A stretch of DNA of 64,000 nucleotides, taken from the NCBI GenBank assembly GCA_036172245.1, contig JAYWIR010000079.1, forward strand, positions 248,001-312,000, given 5' to 3'. The stretch is from Raillietiella orientalis. Lineage: Eukaryota. The notes under the pieces were generated by a model, which was given only the letters and a program-made list of their open reading frames with translations, made no database searches and was not told where the DNA came from. The translations under genes were made by a program, and so were the position numbers. Shown in pieces: positions 25,529 through 37,365 of the stretch (positions are counted from its first letter, which is position 1; the number at the start of each line of letters is the position of its first letter).

Positions 25529-25568
25529 CGTTTTTTTAAAAAAATATATTATACACGAATATCATACT

Positions 25569-25574
25569 TTTATT
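25569..25574 (-). promoter_or_regulatory. Candidate polyadenylation signal overlapping the ALKBH8 stop codon
   Basis: The minus strand reads CAA TAA AAG, so AATAAA includes the TAA stop. Confidence 0.5.
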
Positions 25575-27637
25575 GGGACGTTTTGCATACAACAGCTACC
25601 CAATTTCCTCGATCATAGTAAACAGAGTTCTCCACACGAGCTCCAGAGATCTCCCCAATCAATTCTGCCAATTCGCCTTCGCAGAATACATGATAAAAGC
25701 GTAACTGCACCGGAGCAGCACTTGGTTGATTGGGTTTCCAAGGCACATATGAATCTTGATACAAGAAGGGTGAGCGTCCGTTCTGAACAGGAAGCGAGCA
25801 GACAGGAGACACGTGCTCACTTGGATGCACTGTATCTGCCTGGGCACTGTCACCTTGTTCCTTTGCCCAGACAGTGAAAAGGGCACGCCCACCTTCACGC
25901 AGGACACGAATAAGTTCCGCTATTGCTGCCCGTCTTCTCTCCTAAGCTGAAATAGCAACGATCTACTATACACTTGGTGATGCTCACTTTTGTAGCTAAA
26001 TGATGAATAACTGCTATGCACAAACATGCGTTGATGCACGCATCGCGAAATGGAAGATGAAGACAGTCCGCGCACAAAACGTTCAATTCTTGGTCTCTAC
26101 AGAGTCTCAGCAGAGATGTGCTCCTGTCAACTCCGATCTCTACTAGACAATCCCGAATATGCATGTTTTTTCCATTTCCACAGCCAACATCTAAAAGAAA
26201 CGTTCCTGGGGGCAGGGAGCGAACAAAGTCAACTACAGCTGGCCAAGGTTTATAACGTGTTTGATGAAAGTGTTGGGCAATGCACTCGTACACCTACACG
26301 AATCAACATCGATAACAAGAAGGCCTACATACATCGTGAACATGTGTTTTTTCGATCTGAATGGCTAAGTCTTGGATTGGCACAACTTTCTGTTGGTCAC
26401 AACTACTTGGAAATGGGCACGTGCAACCACCATGAGAAACTCGACGAAATGTAAAAGATACCCGCTTCCGTCGATGAGAAAGAGTCAGGCTGCCGTTCTC
26501 GCCAATAACTGTATCTGTCGTTCGAGGAGTTATTCCATGTGTCCAGATGTACCTACAATAAACAGTCATGTCCTGCAGCCATCACCATGCTGGTAACCTG
26601 CTCTCCTGACTCATCAACAATAAACTACGCGGATTCAATAGCACAGGAACATGCTTTCCTGTTTTCTGTTCTTTAAAATCCATGACTACAGAAGAACACA
26701 AACTTAAGCAAAGAATTCCATCTTCAAATGCACTGTGAGCATCAACGTGAGGTGGAATACCTGGGGAGGACAGAAAATTCCAACATAACCAGTATCTTAT
26801 TCTACCTTGTCCTGAGTTGTAACTGTTGACAGTTAACTGATCAGGCATATGGGAAATGATGCCTCTGTTTAAAGCCCTCTGCAAGATTTCCAAACAAAGG
26901 GGGGGAATTGGTTTTTCCAAATTTACTGTATCTACTGTGTTACTATCATATAAAAACCTGAAGCCAAAATGGAGAACTGTACGGCGTTTCAGAGAGCAAG
27001 TTAGTTGTTCGAATTCTGAATGAAGAGTCAAGAGGGCTTCTTCTTCTTGAGGACTAATAAAATCTTCAAACAGTTGTAATCCTGGAACTATATCTTTCTG
27101 AGACCAAATGTTTTGTTCAACTGAAACTAGGAATCATTGCTGACATCGGATCTTACGTGAGCAACTTACTATGAGTTACAAAGGATAACAACAAAATGGA
27201 ATTCCCCAGATGATAATGTCCATGTATTGCATTCATGGCATCAACAGCATCCTCAGTGCATTCATATTCTATGAACGCATAAGCTTTCCCAGTTAGAAGA
27301 GTAACATTACAAAGCATTCCATAAGGGGAAAAAATCTTTATAAGATCTTCTGCTCCGATGCCAGTTAGCATTCCAGCATTGAGCACTGCTATGATCTATC
27401 ATTATTCAAAAGTACTAACTAAGTAGTTAATTTGGCAATCAATTTCTATACATTAGATACTTGTTGACACAAGCTGATACCATCCCTCAGTAATTTCACT
27501 GATGCCTTTCTGGCTTTGAATGCTATTTTTCTGTTATGATTCTTGCTGATTCCATGAGACTACAATAAGGAAAGAATAAACTTAAAATACAGAGAAAGAA
27601 CAGCAACTACCTACAACCAGTTAATAACCTGGACCAT
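25570..27637 (-). CDS. ALKBH8: Alkylated DNA repair protein AlkB homolog 8 (tRNA mcm5U methyltransferase / 2OG-Fe(II) dioxygenase), about 572 aa
   Basis: Minus-strand exons: 27637-27629 (tentative MVQ), 27559-27452, 27395-27170, 27120-26806, 26760-26598, 26552-26333, 26293-25988, 25941-25570; phases consistent. Motifs: RRM (GKAYAFIEY), AlkB domain (LKRRTVLHFGFRFLY, PDQLTVNSY, GIPPHVDAH, YIWTHGI, RVSFTFR), Zn site CTCPFPSSCD, Trm9-like MTase (LDVGCGNGK, IAVIHHLAT, RFYHVFCEGEL, YYDRGNW). Confidence 0.95.
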
Positions 27638-29913
27638 TTTCTATTTCTATTAATAAGACACGATCGTACTTTTTGAATTACACACCAAGTTTTTTATTAA
27701 TGCTGATAAGAAATTATGAACTGGAAAGGACAGTTCAATAACAATAACATCGTAACAATAACAAATGAAACCCAAGCAATACTTTAAATATACAAAAATA
27801 CTTTGCCAACAGTTTGCAGACAACAAAAACAGCATTAAAAACCTAAGTGTGATTGTGAATGGGGTCAAAAGATTTATAGAAAACTGAGAACCCATATGCT
27901 AAACCTGTATACTAATCCAGAACAGAAACCCATACGTAATAATTTAAAAAAAATACTCATATACCTTTTAAAATTGTAATAATGAACAAATCATGAAAAC
28001 TGGGAAACAATGATGATGACTTCATATTCAAAATTATCATCTATTACTTTATGTGCACAAAGTTAATGATACATATTTGAGTTCATAAAACTTTATCCTC
28101 AAGTTACCAAAGAATGAATGGAAAAGAACACCAAAAATGAATAAAAAGTTATTGCCCTGTAATCAGCTGGGTTAACTCGCAATATCAAAATACGCTGACT
28201 ACCATACCATATAAATTTTTGGAACTTTTGGATATTCAGCTTAAGATATGAAAGTGGTTTGGGGCAAATAATAATCATCTCCTTGATTTAAAGTACATAG
28301 AAATTAAAATCTAACTAATCCAATCTGATAATTCATTACTACTTCCTTGGATATGAACGCATTCTCATATTTAGACCAATCCACCAGAGCAGTATAAATT
28401 AAAACATGAGTAATCAGAGATACACATCATGAGAATAACAATACATGTATTCAATAGATGGTCAACAATGACAACCTGAATAAGAAATACAGCATTTGAT
28501 TATTTGCAAACTGGAGAGCATCACTGCAAAAAGAAAACAATTGCACCCTTTATTTGCATTATGGTAGAATGACAAACATATGATGCCTTGAAAATAAGTC
28601 TTCCCTGGTTTGTACATGAAATGTTTCCCATTGCTCATTTTTTTTTGTCTGACTAAATGAATGAACAAAACACAAACCTAGAGAACAATATTGCCTTAAA
28701 TTTGCAATAGTAGAAAGCATCAAAGTTTGCATGATAGACATTTACTCTTGATGTCCATCATCAGTGATATTTACAAGGTGATTATCAAGGTGATTTTCAT
28801 GGCAGCTATGGTTTGAACTTACTTTAATTCAAGACCAACTGGACAGAACAGTCCAAACCCAGAATGCCAAAATGATACAAGCAATTCCTCTAGGGGGATG
28901 CTTAGTAAGGAAAATTTGTAAAATAGTTTGTGCTAACACGGATTTCGTTGAGAAAAAAACATAAAATCGAAAAGCACATTGATCTTAAGCATAAACTGCT
29001 TTCTAGAAAACATATGGTTAAGGTTCTCAAAATGCTTAAAGCTTGTTCCAGATGCCAGAAGCGTGCACTTTATTTAGGACAATATAAAATGGCATGTATT
29101 CATGAATCCTAAAACTAATAATGCAAATAACTACTCCAATAACACTAAAACAAAGTTTGCAAACTATAAGACTAACTGTAACACCAGAAATTTAGTATAG
29201 GATATTTACACTCCCCAAGGCTAGGTGGATTATGCTTAAGAATGTAAAAACCATCACTCAACTGTCCTAATGAAGATTCCATTCGTAAAATGCATGATTG
29301 TATTGTGTTTATGGTAGTTCGTAGTATTTTTGTCCTTGTTTTATCGGAAACAAAGAAATTTATAAGTATAGTGTCTACTTACTAAGCTGGGATCCATTAT
29401 TTGAAATTATACGACGACACGCATCACGAAATTTCCAGGGTAGTTCTCTCTTTTAAGTTTTTTTGCCAAATTTTCAATTATGGGTCTCCAATCCCCTGTA
29501 CGGAGTACAGTTCCCCCTATTTCAGAAGCCTTCAATTCACTTGCCATGTAGGTAGCTCTTAAACCGACTCTCAATATATATTTAATGAAAGTATTTGCAA
29601 ATGAATTACAAAAAATCAACCTGGTCACTTCAAGAAGCACCTACAATGATTTGTACTTAAATTATTATTTTGCACCTATTAAAGCCCCGGTACTTGGTTT
29701 CCTCATCTTTTACACACGACATTCGTGATATTACGATATCATCGGAAATTTCACGAGCTTGGTCTGAAAAAGCTACCATGATTCTTGGATCAATTTTTTT
29801 TTTTTTTTTAAATGGTTGATTAGGCAGTGAATTCTCATTTGTCTTTCAAAAATTAAAGGCTGAGATTTATTTTCAATACTATGAGATATGTATCTCTTGA
29901 AACAATATATAAT

Positions 29914-29951
29914 TATAAATTATTATAAAATACTATAAATTATTATAAAAT
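29914..29951. repeat. AT-rich tandem duplication, period 20 bp (TATAAATTATTATAAAAT x2)
   Basis: Read directly from the sequence. Confidence 0.7.
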
Positions 29952-32900
29952 GTGTTTTTAAAAAGAAACTTAGAAAACAGTTGTAATTAAAAAGTTTAAA
30001 AATAATAACAACTATTGAAAATAATAAAATTATGTATGTAATTTATCAGTAATTCTTAATGAGTCATCTATTGAATAAAGAAGACTATGCATGCTCTATC
30101 TATAGCCTGGAACATATTGCATTCCTGTTTTCTACCGTAATAAGGTATCTTTATTAGACATCTAAACTTTTAAAATTTGTAAGTCTGCTTTCCCAGTAAG
30201 GAGTCAACGAAATAAATTAAAGAGTTGTGAATTTAGTATAAACAAAAACCAGAAGAATAGAAAGTCTTACTGATAATTACTAGAATCTTACTAACAATCC
30301 CACGGCTTGAAAAATATCATCCACTAATATTAAATGCATGATATTCTTCCGATAAATCTTAAAGACTAAGGAAATACCAGTTCAGCATTCATTCCCTTGA
30401 TGAGAAAATGCTCAAAAGTTGTAAAAGGATTCCAAAGAACTACATTAGACATTTGAAAAACTTCACATAAAAATAGTTGAGAATAAGAGGACAACAACAG
30501 ATCGCATCTATGTGTACACAAAGTTATGATTCGAATCATGTCTATCTCAGAGCACATCTCGCGTTCAATGAAGACTACGAATGACTGGCAATCCTGAGCA
30601 TCAGCTCCTTGTACACGTTGGGTACAGGAGTGAAACGAGCTCAAAGGAAAATTCATATTACCACTTGCAAGTGGTATCCATCGACCTGACAGAGAGACGA
30701 ACCGAAAGTTGCGTGCCGTGCAAGAAATGCGTCTACAGGCTCATCTGGAAACGCAGACAGTGTCGGTCCGAAAAATAATGGATTGCAAGACACTGTAGGA
30801 AGAATTATTGTGAAAGTCAAGCTTTGCAGTGATCAGCGATGAGGGAAGGGTCTCTAACTAGAGCTTAAAAAATCAACATTACTCCAAAAAGGTTCCTTCT
30901 CAAAGTTGTATCAGAATAATTCTTTAGAAGAAGACGTCATATACAAGATATGAAGTACCTTAAGCGACAACATTGGTCAACATCTCTGCACGGAGCTCTA
31001 TGAGCTTCCAGCTGAAAAGAGGTCGCGAATGATATTCTGATGACTCTGTGTTAACTTTTTGGTTGCGGACATTTCGTTTCAAATATTCCTCAGCACCGAT
31101 TAGAATGACAAACTTTTAGTTTCAGATTTCTCTAATATTAGTCTTGTGAAGCAGCTGCATTGTAACAAATTTGAAGTTTCTGGTAAGTTTTGCTTCTTTT
31201 CCATACGTTCCCACAATTTTAGTGTTCGTGGCTCTAAACTGAACAGATATCCATCTCTTTCTTTTTCATAGTTTCTCTAAGCTTCAGTTTTCCTATCACA
31301 TTTAAGATCCTCAAGATCTTTGTACGTTTCATGGCTCGCTTCACGCATCACCAGAAAGGAAAATGAACTGCAGCCTCTCTTGTGAGCACAGCTATCTATA
31401 TCCAAAATAGCATTTCGCTTTTTTTCCCTGTATGAGAAAAGACATGTGATAATTTATATTCAAGGGCATCACTGCAGATGCCGTGGAAACATGGAACACC
31501 ATGAATTCCCAACGCGTACCTCAAGAATAAGGTGGTTCTTCTAGGATCAGCATGTAATTCAGTGGCCGTTAGTCACCAAGTATAAAAGTGGCCCAAGTGG
31601 CATTCCGTAAGAAAACAGCCTTGGATTGAGACTCTTTGGCATACATCCCCAAAAGGAATTACAATTCTCTCTAACGCAAAGCTGACCAACACGGTCTGTG
31701 ATAATGATGTACTATCACTTCTACATCCAGAAGCAAAGGTGCAGATGCTTCGGAACTTGAAAAAAACAACAACAAAAAAGGATTCCTGGTTAACGTGAAG
31801 GCAGAAATATTCCCTACAGACGTGAGTGGACTATCTGATTAGGAACCGGAATGCATGAATACATGCTGCGCGTCTTAAACGCGTAGACCTTCATTTGGTA
31901 ACAGTTTAAGAAAGAAAGTATGGAAAGAAAAGATCAAGAAAGTGAGCAAAAAAAAATTGGCCTGCTCTATTTTAAACAGAAAATGATCATGTGATACAAT
32001 CTTTGCAGCTCTTCGCATTGTGCTACGTGCTGGGAAACTTCCCCAACCCTCGTCAGTGGTAAAGGGAGTGTTTAGCGCAATTAGAAATTCCCTACTGGGA
32101 AAGGGAAATCATCAATTGGATTGAAAGATTTAAAGTTGACCTTGCAAGGTGACTTCGATATACTCAGGGTGCAAGTGAAGGAATACCGAAGAGGAGGAGA
32201 AGTCACTGGAAAATGAAGCTCTAAAAGTAGTCACTAGAATTGCATAAGCATACAGCAATAAGAATAGGCAGACATCTGTAATTCTGGAGTTCCAGAAAGG
32301 GATAAACTAACTAGGAGCAAAGGATATCAAGGCTTGCGAATGCGCACATTATAAATGGAGGCTTTCAAAGTCTCCCCCCAACGACCCTCTCCACTCTATT
32401 CGTTTTTCTGTGTCCTTTGTCCGGGAACCCTGTTCCCGGATAGTTTAGAAATAAACGCCCCTGCGCACCCGGGTGGGAAACAACAACCCTCTCCAGTCTA
32501 AGCTGGAAAACCCATACAGATAAGAATCCAACTTCGAATGAAGATGGGAAGGGTGTGCAGAGCTGGAAGCAAAGATTTTGTAGTAGATCCACAGTGCCTC
32601 AATCCTGCAAATCCACAGTGGAACTTGGAAAGCAAGAGTATTGCAGAACTGCGACAGTCCTTTGAATGCTACTGCGAGCTGCTTATTGTCTTCATATGTA
32701 CGATCCATCACCATAGAGGCATGATCTCCGAAACTAATCTATATGGATGCAGTGGTAGATATCAACAGTACAAAAGGTGGTCCCAAACCCGTCAAAACAT
32801 GAGTATTGGAAGGGTGCCAAATAATTGCTCAGCAAAAACTACGGAACCTATCAATAAGAACTTACAAGGAAAAATCGCTAAAACTGGTGCAAACTCGGAA

Positions 32901-33729
32901 GCTCGAAAGGTAGACAATCTTTCGTTCTGATAGAAGGAAACCAGCTAATCTCCAATGGAGCACACCAACACGAAACATAGAAGGATAAGCAGCGACAGCA
33001 ACTCGTTTTGAATTTTTGAAAAGAAATCGGGAAGATTTTATCGAAGAGGAGACTGTTCGATGAGTACGGCATCAATCGTTCACATTGGTGCCATTGTAGC
33101 TTTCAAGGATCTAGCTACTTTTCTGTCTCACTACCCTTCTCATCCGTCTGTTTACATCTCTCACAGGGAGAACACATGCAGGAAATCACATGCAACTTTT
33201 GAGACGAAAACTCCATTTGTAGATGTCTAATCCTTCCCCAAAAAGAGTCCTATTTTATCTGTCATCCCAATTGCAACAAATCTTGCATCGAAATAACATC
33301 GTCATTATACTCTTAAAGATTCCAGTTGTCCAGATCGCAGCATTTGCTTGCTATCGAGTACCAACTATCCCAGTATATGTAATGTTAACATGAAATGAAG
33401 ACATCCATTAATATTAAGCTATAATTTCTCCAGGTTTCAGTTATGTGAAATCCAATTTTAAACTCATACGAGCATTCACTTTTGGATACAGTCAAAACAA
33501 AAGATAGAAAAATCAGCATCAACACGATCGCAAGATTTGCTTTAATTTACTGACCTACCTGTAAAAATCGAATTTATGTAATAATTACTAATGCAAAAAT
33601 GCTATCTTATTAATCTGTAATGAAGTGGTATAGACATTACCCAGTAATCTCACTGTGATGATAAATATATGGGATCAGTAATATATCATAATATCAAAAC
33701 CCCATCTTCCTAGGCAGAGAGAAGGATTT

Positions 33730-33803
33730 TGATAGGAATAAGATGGAATATGTAAGATAGGTGAGATAGGATAGGATTGGAAAGGATGTAAGATAAGGTG
33801 ATA
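33730..33803. repeat. Degenerate GATAG/GATAAG low-complexity repeat
   Basis: Run of GATAGG, GATAAG and GATGTAA variants with no C. Confidence 0.5.
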
Positions 33804-36800
33804 TGCATAAGTAATCAACTACAATGACTAGTGTCTAGTAAGAGAAGATCTTTTGTAAGATTGGGAAACTGCAAGTGATCAATCAATGAAGAGGCTGATA
33901 TTTGAAAGTGCACACTATGCGTGACTTTCGGTGGGCTTAGGAGATGATGACAGTTTCGACTGCAAACTTGTCATTTTTCGTTCGATGGGCTGCCCATTTT
34001 CAAGTCTGAAATTCAAATCCAAAAGTTCTTACTGCTTTGGAACCTTCCCTCCCTTCTAATAATTGCACTCTGGGCAAGTTTATCGGTATTTTCAAACAGT
34101 AGCATCGTTATTTGAACCTGCCAGGCCTTTTCGAATATCCGAAAATGTAGAATGTGAGCCTTGGATTAAAACGAAGTTAGCAAAGAATTGGAAAAATAAA
34201 TAAATAGGTGTTCAGTCCAGAGCTGCGCGGATGTGTTTCTAATAGGTCAACGTTAAAAGATCTCCTTAACTTAGAAGCTCGTAGAATTTTAGTATTAGCC
34301 CTTACGAATGCAGATTTGGTTTCCGATGACGGATTGTTTTTACCGATCCACAAAGTGGTTTGTGCATAAATTCATCGGGAAGATGGAAACCATTAGCTTC
34401 GGGACACGATGCCTTCCTGCCCGTAAGCTTGCGTATCAAGGGCGATTAAGTTTCAGTCGATTCCGCACTGATCTTACGAATTCAGTTAACAATCTTTGCA
34501 TCACTCCTTTCATTCCTTTCATGTTTCTCAAAGTGGGAAAAGTGAAAGTGGAGCCAAACGAGGCACAAACGCCATTATTTCAGTGAATCGAAACGATCCT
34601 TTATAATGTGGCCAATAACTGCTTCCTTAAGCAGCATCTGCACGAATATTAATGCATCTAATAAATCTGTGTGCATCTTTATTTCAGAAAAACGTCCAGC
34701 GTGGAAACTGCGGTTCCTGACTTTTACATTCCTCCATGTTCTCGATGTTTGAAATCACGCTCAAGTGTGGGCACCACCATTCTTTATATTTGGCTGAGTT
34801 GACATCTATTTTCCTTTTGGTTTAGGAAGCACCAGCCTCTCAGTGAACTCGGAATCAGCTGTTCCCTAAGCCTGACTCCAACGGAGCACAAGAGAAAGTG
34901 CCAAATATGTACTCTGCTGTTGTCTAGAGCATCTAGCGATCAAACCAGCCTCCATCCGATACAAAGGTCGTCCACGAGTGATGCATTAAATCGTTTTTTC
35001 CTGCGTAGACTGGGGCAGGGGGAGGTGGAATGTGCAGCAATCGAAATTCATGCTTTTTTCGATCCTATATGCAAGTCTTCTCACCAGACACATGTGGGAT
35101 CGATACTGAAAACACAGATTGAGGATCTTCACGGAAATCGTTCATCCGAAGAGGTCCGTCGTGGAATTACGCTTTTTATAGTAAAAAAAAAGAAAAATGA
35201 TGAAAATCCAGGATGAATGCAAACTCAGAGGAAAATCCTGTTTGGACGATCGTCTCCGTGAGTTGCTTGGGCATCCAGAGGAGTGAAGTTGGCAGCTGCA
35301 TCCCTCGAGATGAGCTGAACGCTGAAATGCTACCTAAAAATGGTACAGGAAAAGAAAGGCAGGAAACCCAAAAGGAGAGAAACCCAATTCGGGGATCCTT
35401 CATTTGCTAGAATGAATAGGTGTAGTTTGAGCTGAAATTGTTGAATCATTACGTTCATTGTGTCATCGGAACCGTTTCTGTTGCCGAATGACTCTTTATA
35501 TTGCTAATCTAACTTCCACAGCCAATTTGGCACGGGAAGGTGGGGATCAGGCAAGAAAGTCACACCTTTCTTGCTGCACGCACCATTCGGATGGGGAAGG
35601 GGGAAAGGAAACTGGACAAGATTAAGACGTTCTCATCGATGCGGCTCTCTATTTTTAATTTTTTTTAATCTATTTCAGCTGGGAACACGGGAGAGGCTTC
35701 CACGGCATCAGGATAACAGAAGTACAATGCGCGGCGATTCATAGTAGACCGATCAGTTTCCGATCGAAATGATGGAATACTTTATTAGTAGATGAGGTGG
35801 ATTATGGGGAGAGGGGGGCAAGGTATTTATGCTGCAAAGGAGGCTGCAGATCGAAGGGCAGTAAACAAATTGCTGCGATCAGGATCCCGACGCACAGATC
35901 CAGGAATCGGTTCCCACTGCACTGCTTCGATTGGATCGCAAACGTGGTCTTCGCGAACGAGGAGTGGCTTCCGCCTCGACACTGTACGATGAATTAGTAA
36001 CAGAGGATGAATTGCATCTGTGAGCGAGGTCGAGTGTATCAAGGAATGATAAACGCAGCTCCGAAATTTAAAATCCCGTCTTCTTCAATCCTTCCGTTCT
36101 CGATCCCTGTCTTGGATGCCTGAGCGAAGGAAAAGAACGGGTGCAGGCAGCTGTGGTTCAAAGATCCGGTGACCGGTGGGCACGTTTACGCACGCGACAG
36201 TTGCGGGACGGAGCGACCACACTGAAGCTTTCGGGATCGAAGAACCCGAACTGCGAGGAGAATCCAGCTTCCCGTTTTCGAATTTTAGGGATGCTCGTCT
36301 GATCCTCTGGCGGCAGCCTCGCGGAAGAGTTTTGAACCTATTCCTGAGGGTAGTGCAAGTTCCTCTCCGGGGAGCGACAGTGATTTCCGTTTCCTCAGGA
36401 ATTCACAGAGAAAAGGAGAGCATGCTCTTATCTTGGATGCCTGTGAACAAAAAAACGGTTCTTGGGGAGGGAGGGGGATCTCCTGGTTGATAGTATTCCT
36501 GTTATCCCGTTATTGCATGCGGGACTGTCGTCCGGATGCCCAGCAGCTCCTCCCATTGGAGGAATTGGCAGGCGTCGCAGGGGACGATGGAAAAATCCTT
36601 TCGGGTTCTGCTTTCTTTCAGCTTTTTTTTCCCTTGCCGGTTTTCTATTCTTTTGGTTCCCCCTGAGTGCTGAAAAACCTCCGCCTTAACTACACAGACC
36701 TATTTGACATTGTCCGTGCCATCCGAGGGTGCATGTGATCCTTCAAGTTGTAGGGGGTAATCATCCCGGAGGGACCACTCTATGAGTCCAGGAAGGGCTC

Positions 36801-37087
36801 CGGAGGACGGAGTCCTTACCTTTTAAGCTCAGGAGGGGAATCCGAAGGGGATTTCTTCCTTATTCTCCTTGGAGGGACCAACGGAGGGGCTACTCCTCGT
36901 TTCTTCTTCAAAGAGAATCGGGAAAAGGATCCGCTCCGGGAATTTCTTTTCCGGAGGGACCCGGCAAGCGAACCGTTCCTTGTTCCCTCCTCTGAAGAGA
37001 ACCCCGAAGGGATGCTTCCCTGTTTCTCTGCAGGAAGCGGTGTCTTCTCATCTCCCAGAGGGAGAGGTGTCCTTCTCACAGTCTGGA

Positions 37088-37365
37088 GAGGCAACCAGCT
37101 TCATGGGACGCGATGGAGACTACATCCTGACCAAGACTAAGGGAACCGACTCTCCTTTATTCTCGGAAGCAGTCCCGAGGGTCAACTTCCAACACAGGCC
37201 AGTCAGCGGGTTTCCATCAGTGTTACACCCGAGCCCACAGGCCAACCGGTGCTATGCTGTAGGGGAAGGCTCCGAAGGTTCTCGGCGTCGTCCCTTCCCT
37301 AGGGAGGGATTCGAACCCATAACGCTTGGCACCACGCGCTCAGAGACAGCAACCACATGGCTGCC
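37088..37365 (-). mobile_element. Degenerate tRNA-derived SINE-like repeat, copy 2
   Basis: Minus-strand GGTTCGAATCC B-box at 37307-37317 and colinear similarity to 12340-12690. Boundaries are approximate. Confidence 0.55.

Noticed and set aside
32090..32305. Possible LINE RT remnant (IINWIERF ... SGVPE)
   Set aside because: Only two short motifs with poor spacing and stops between them; too weak to call.
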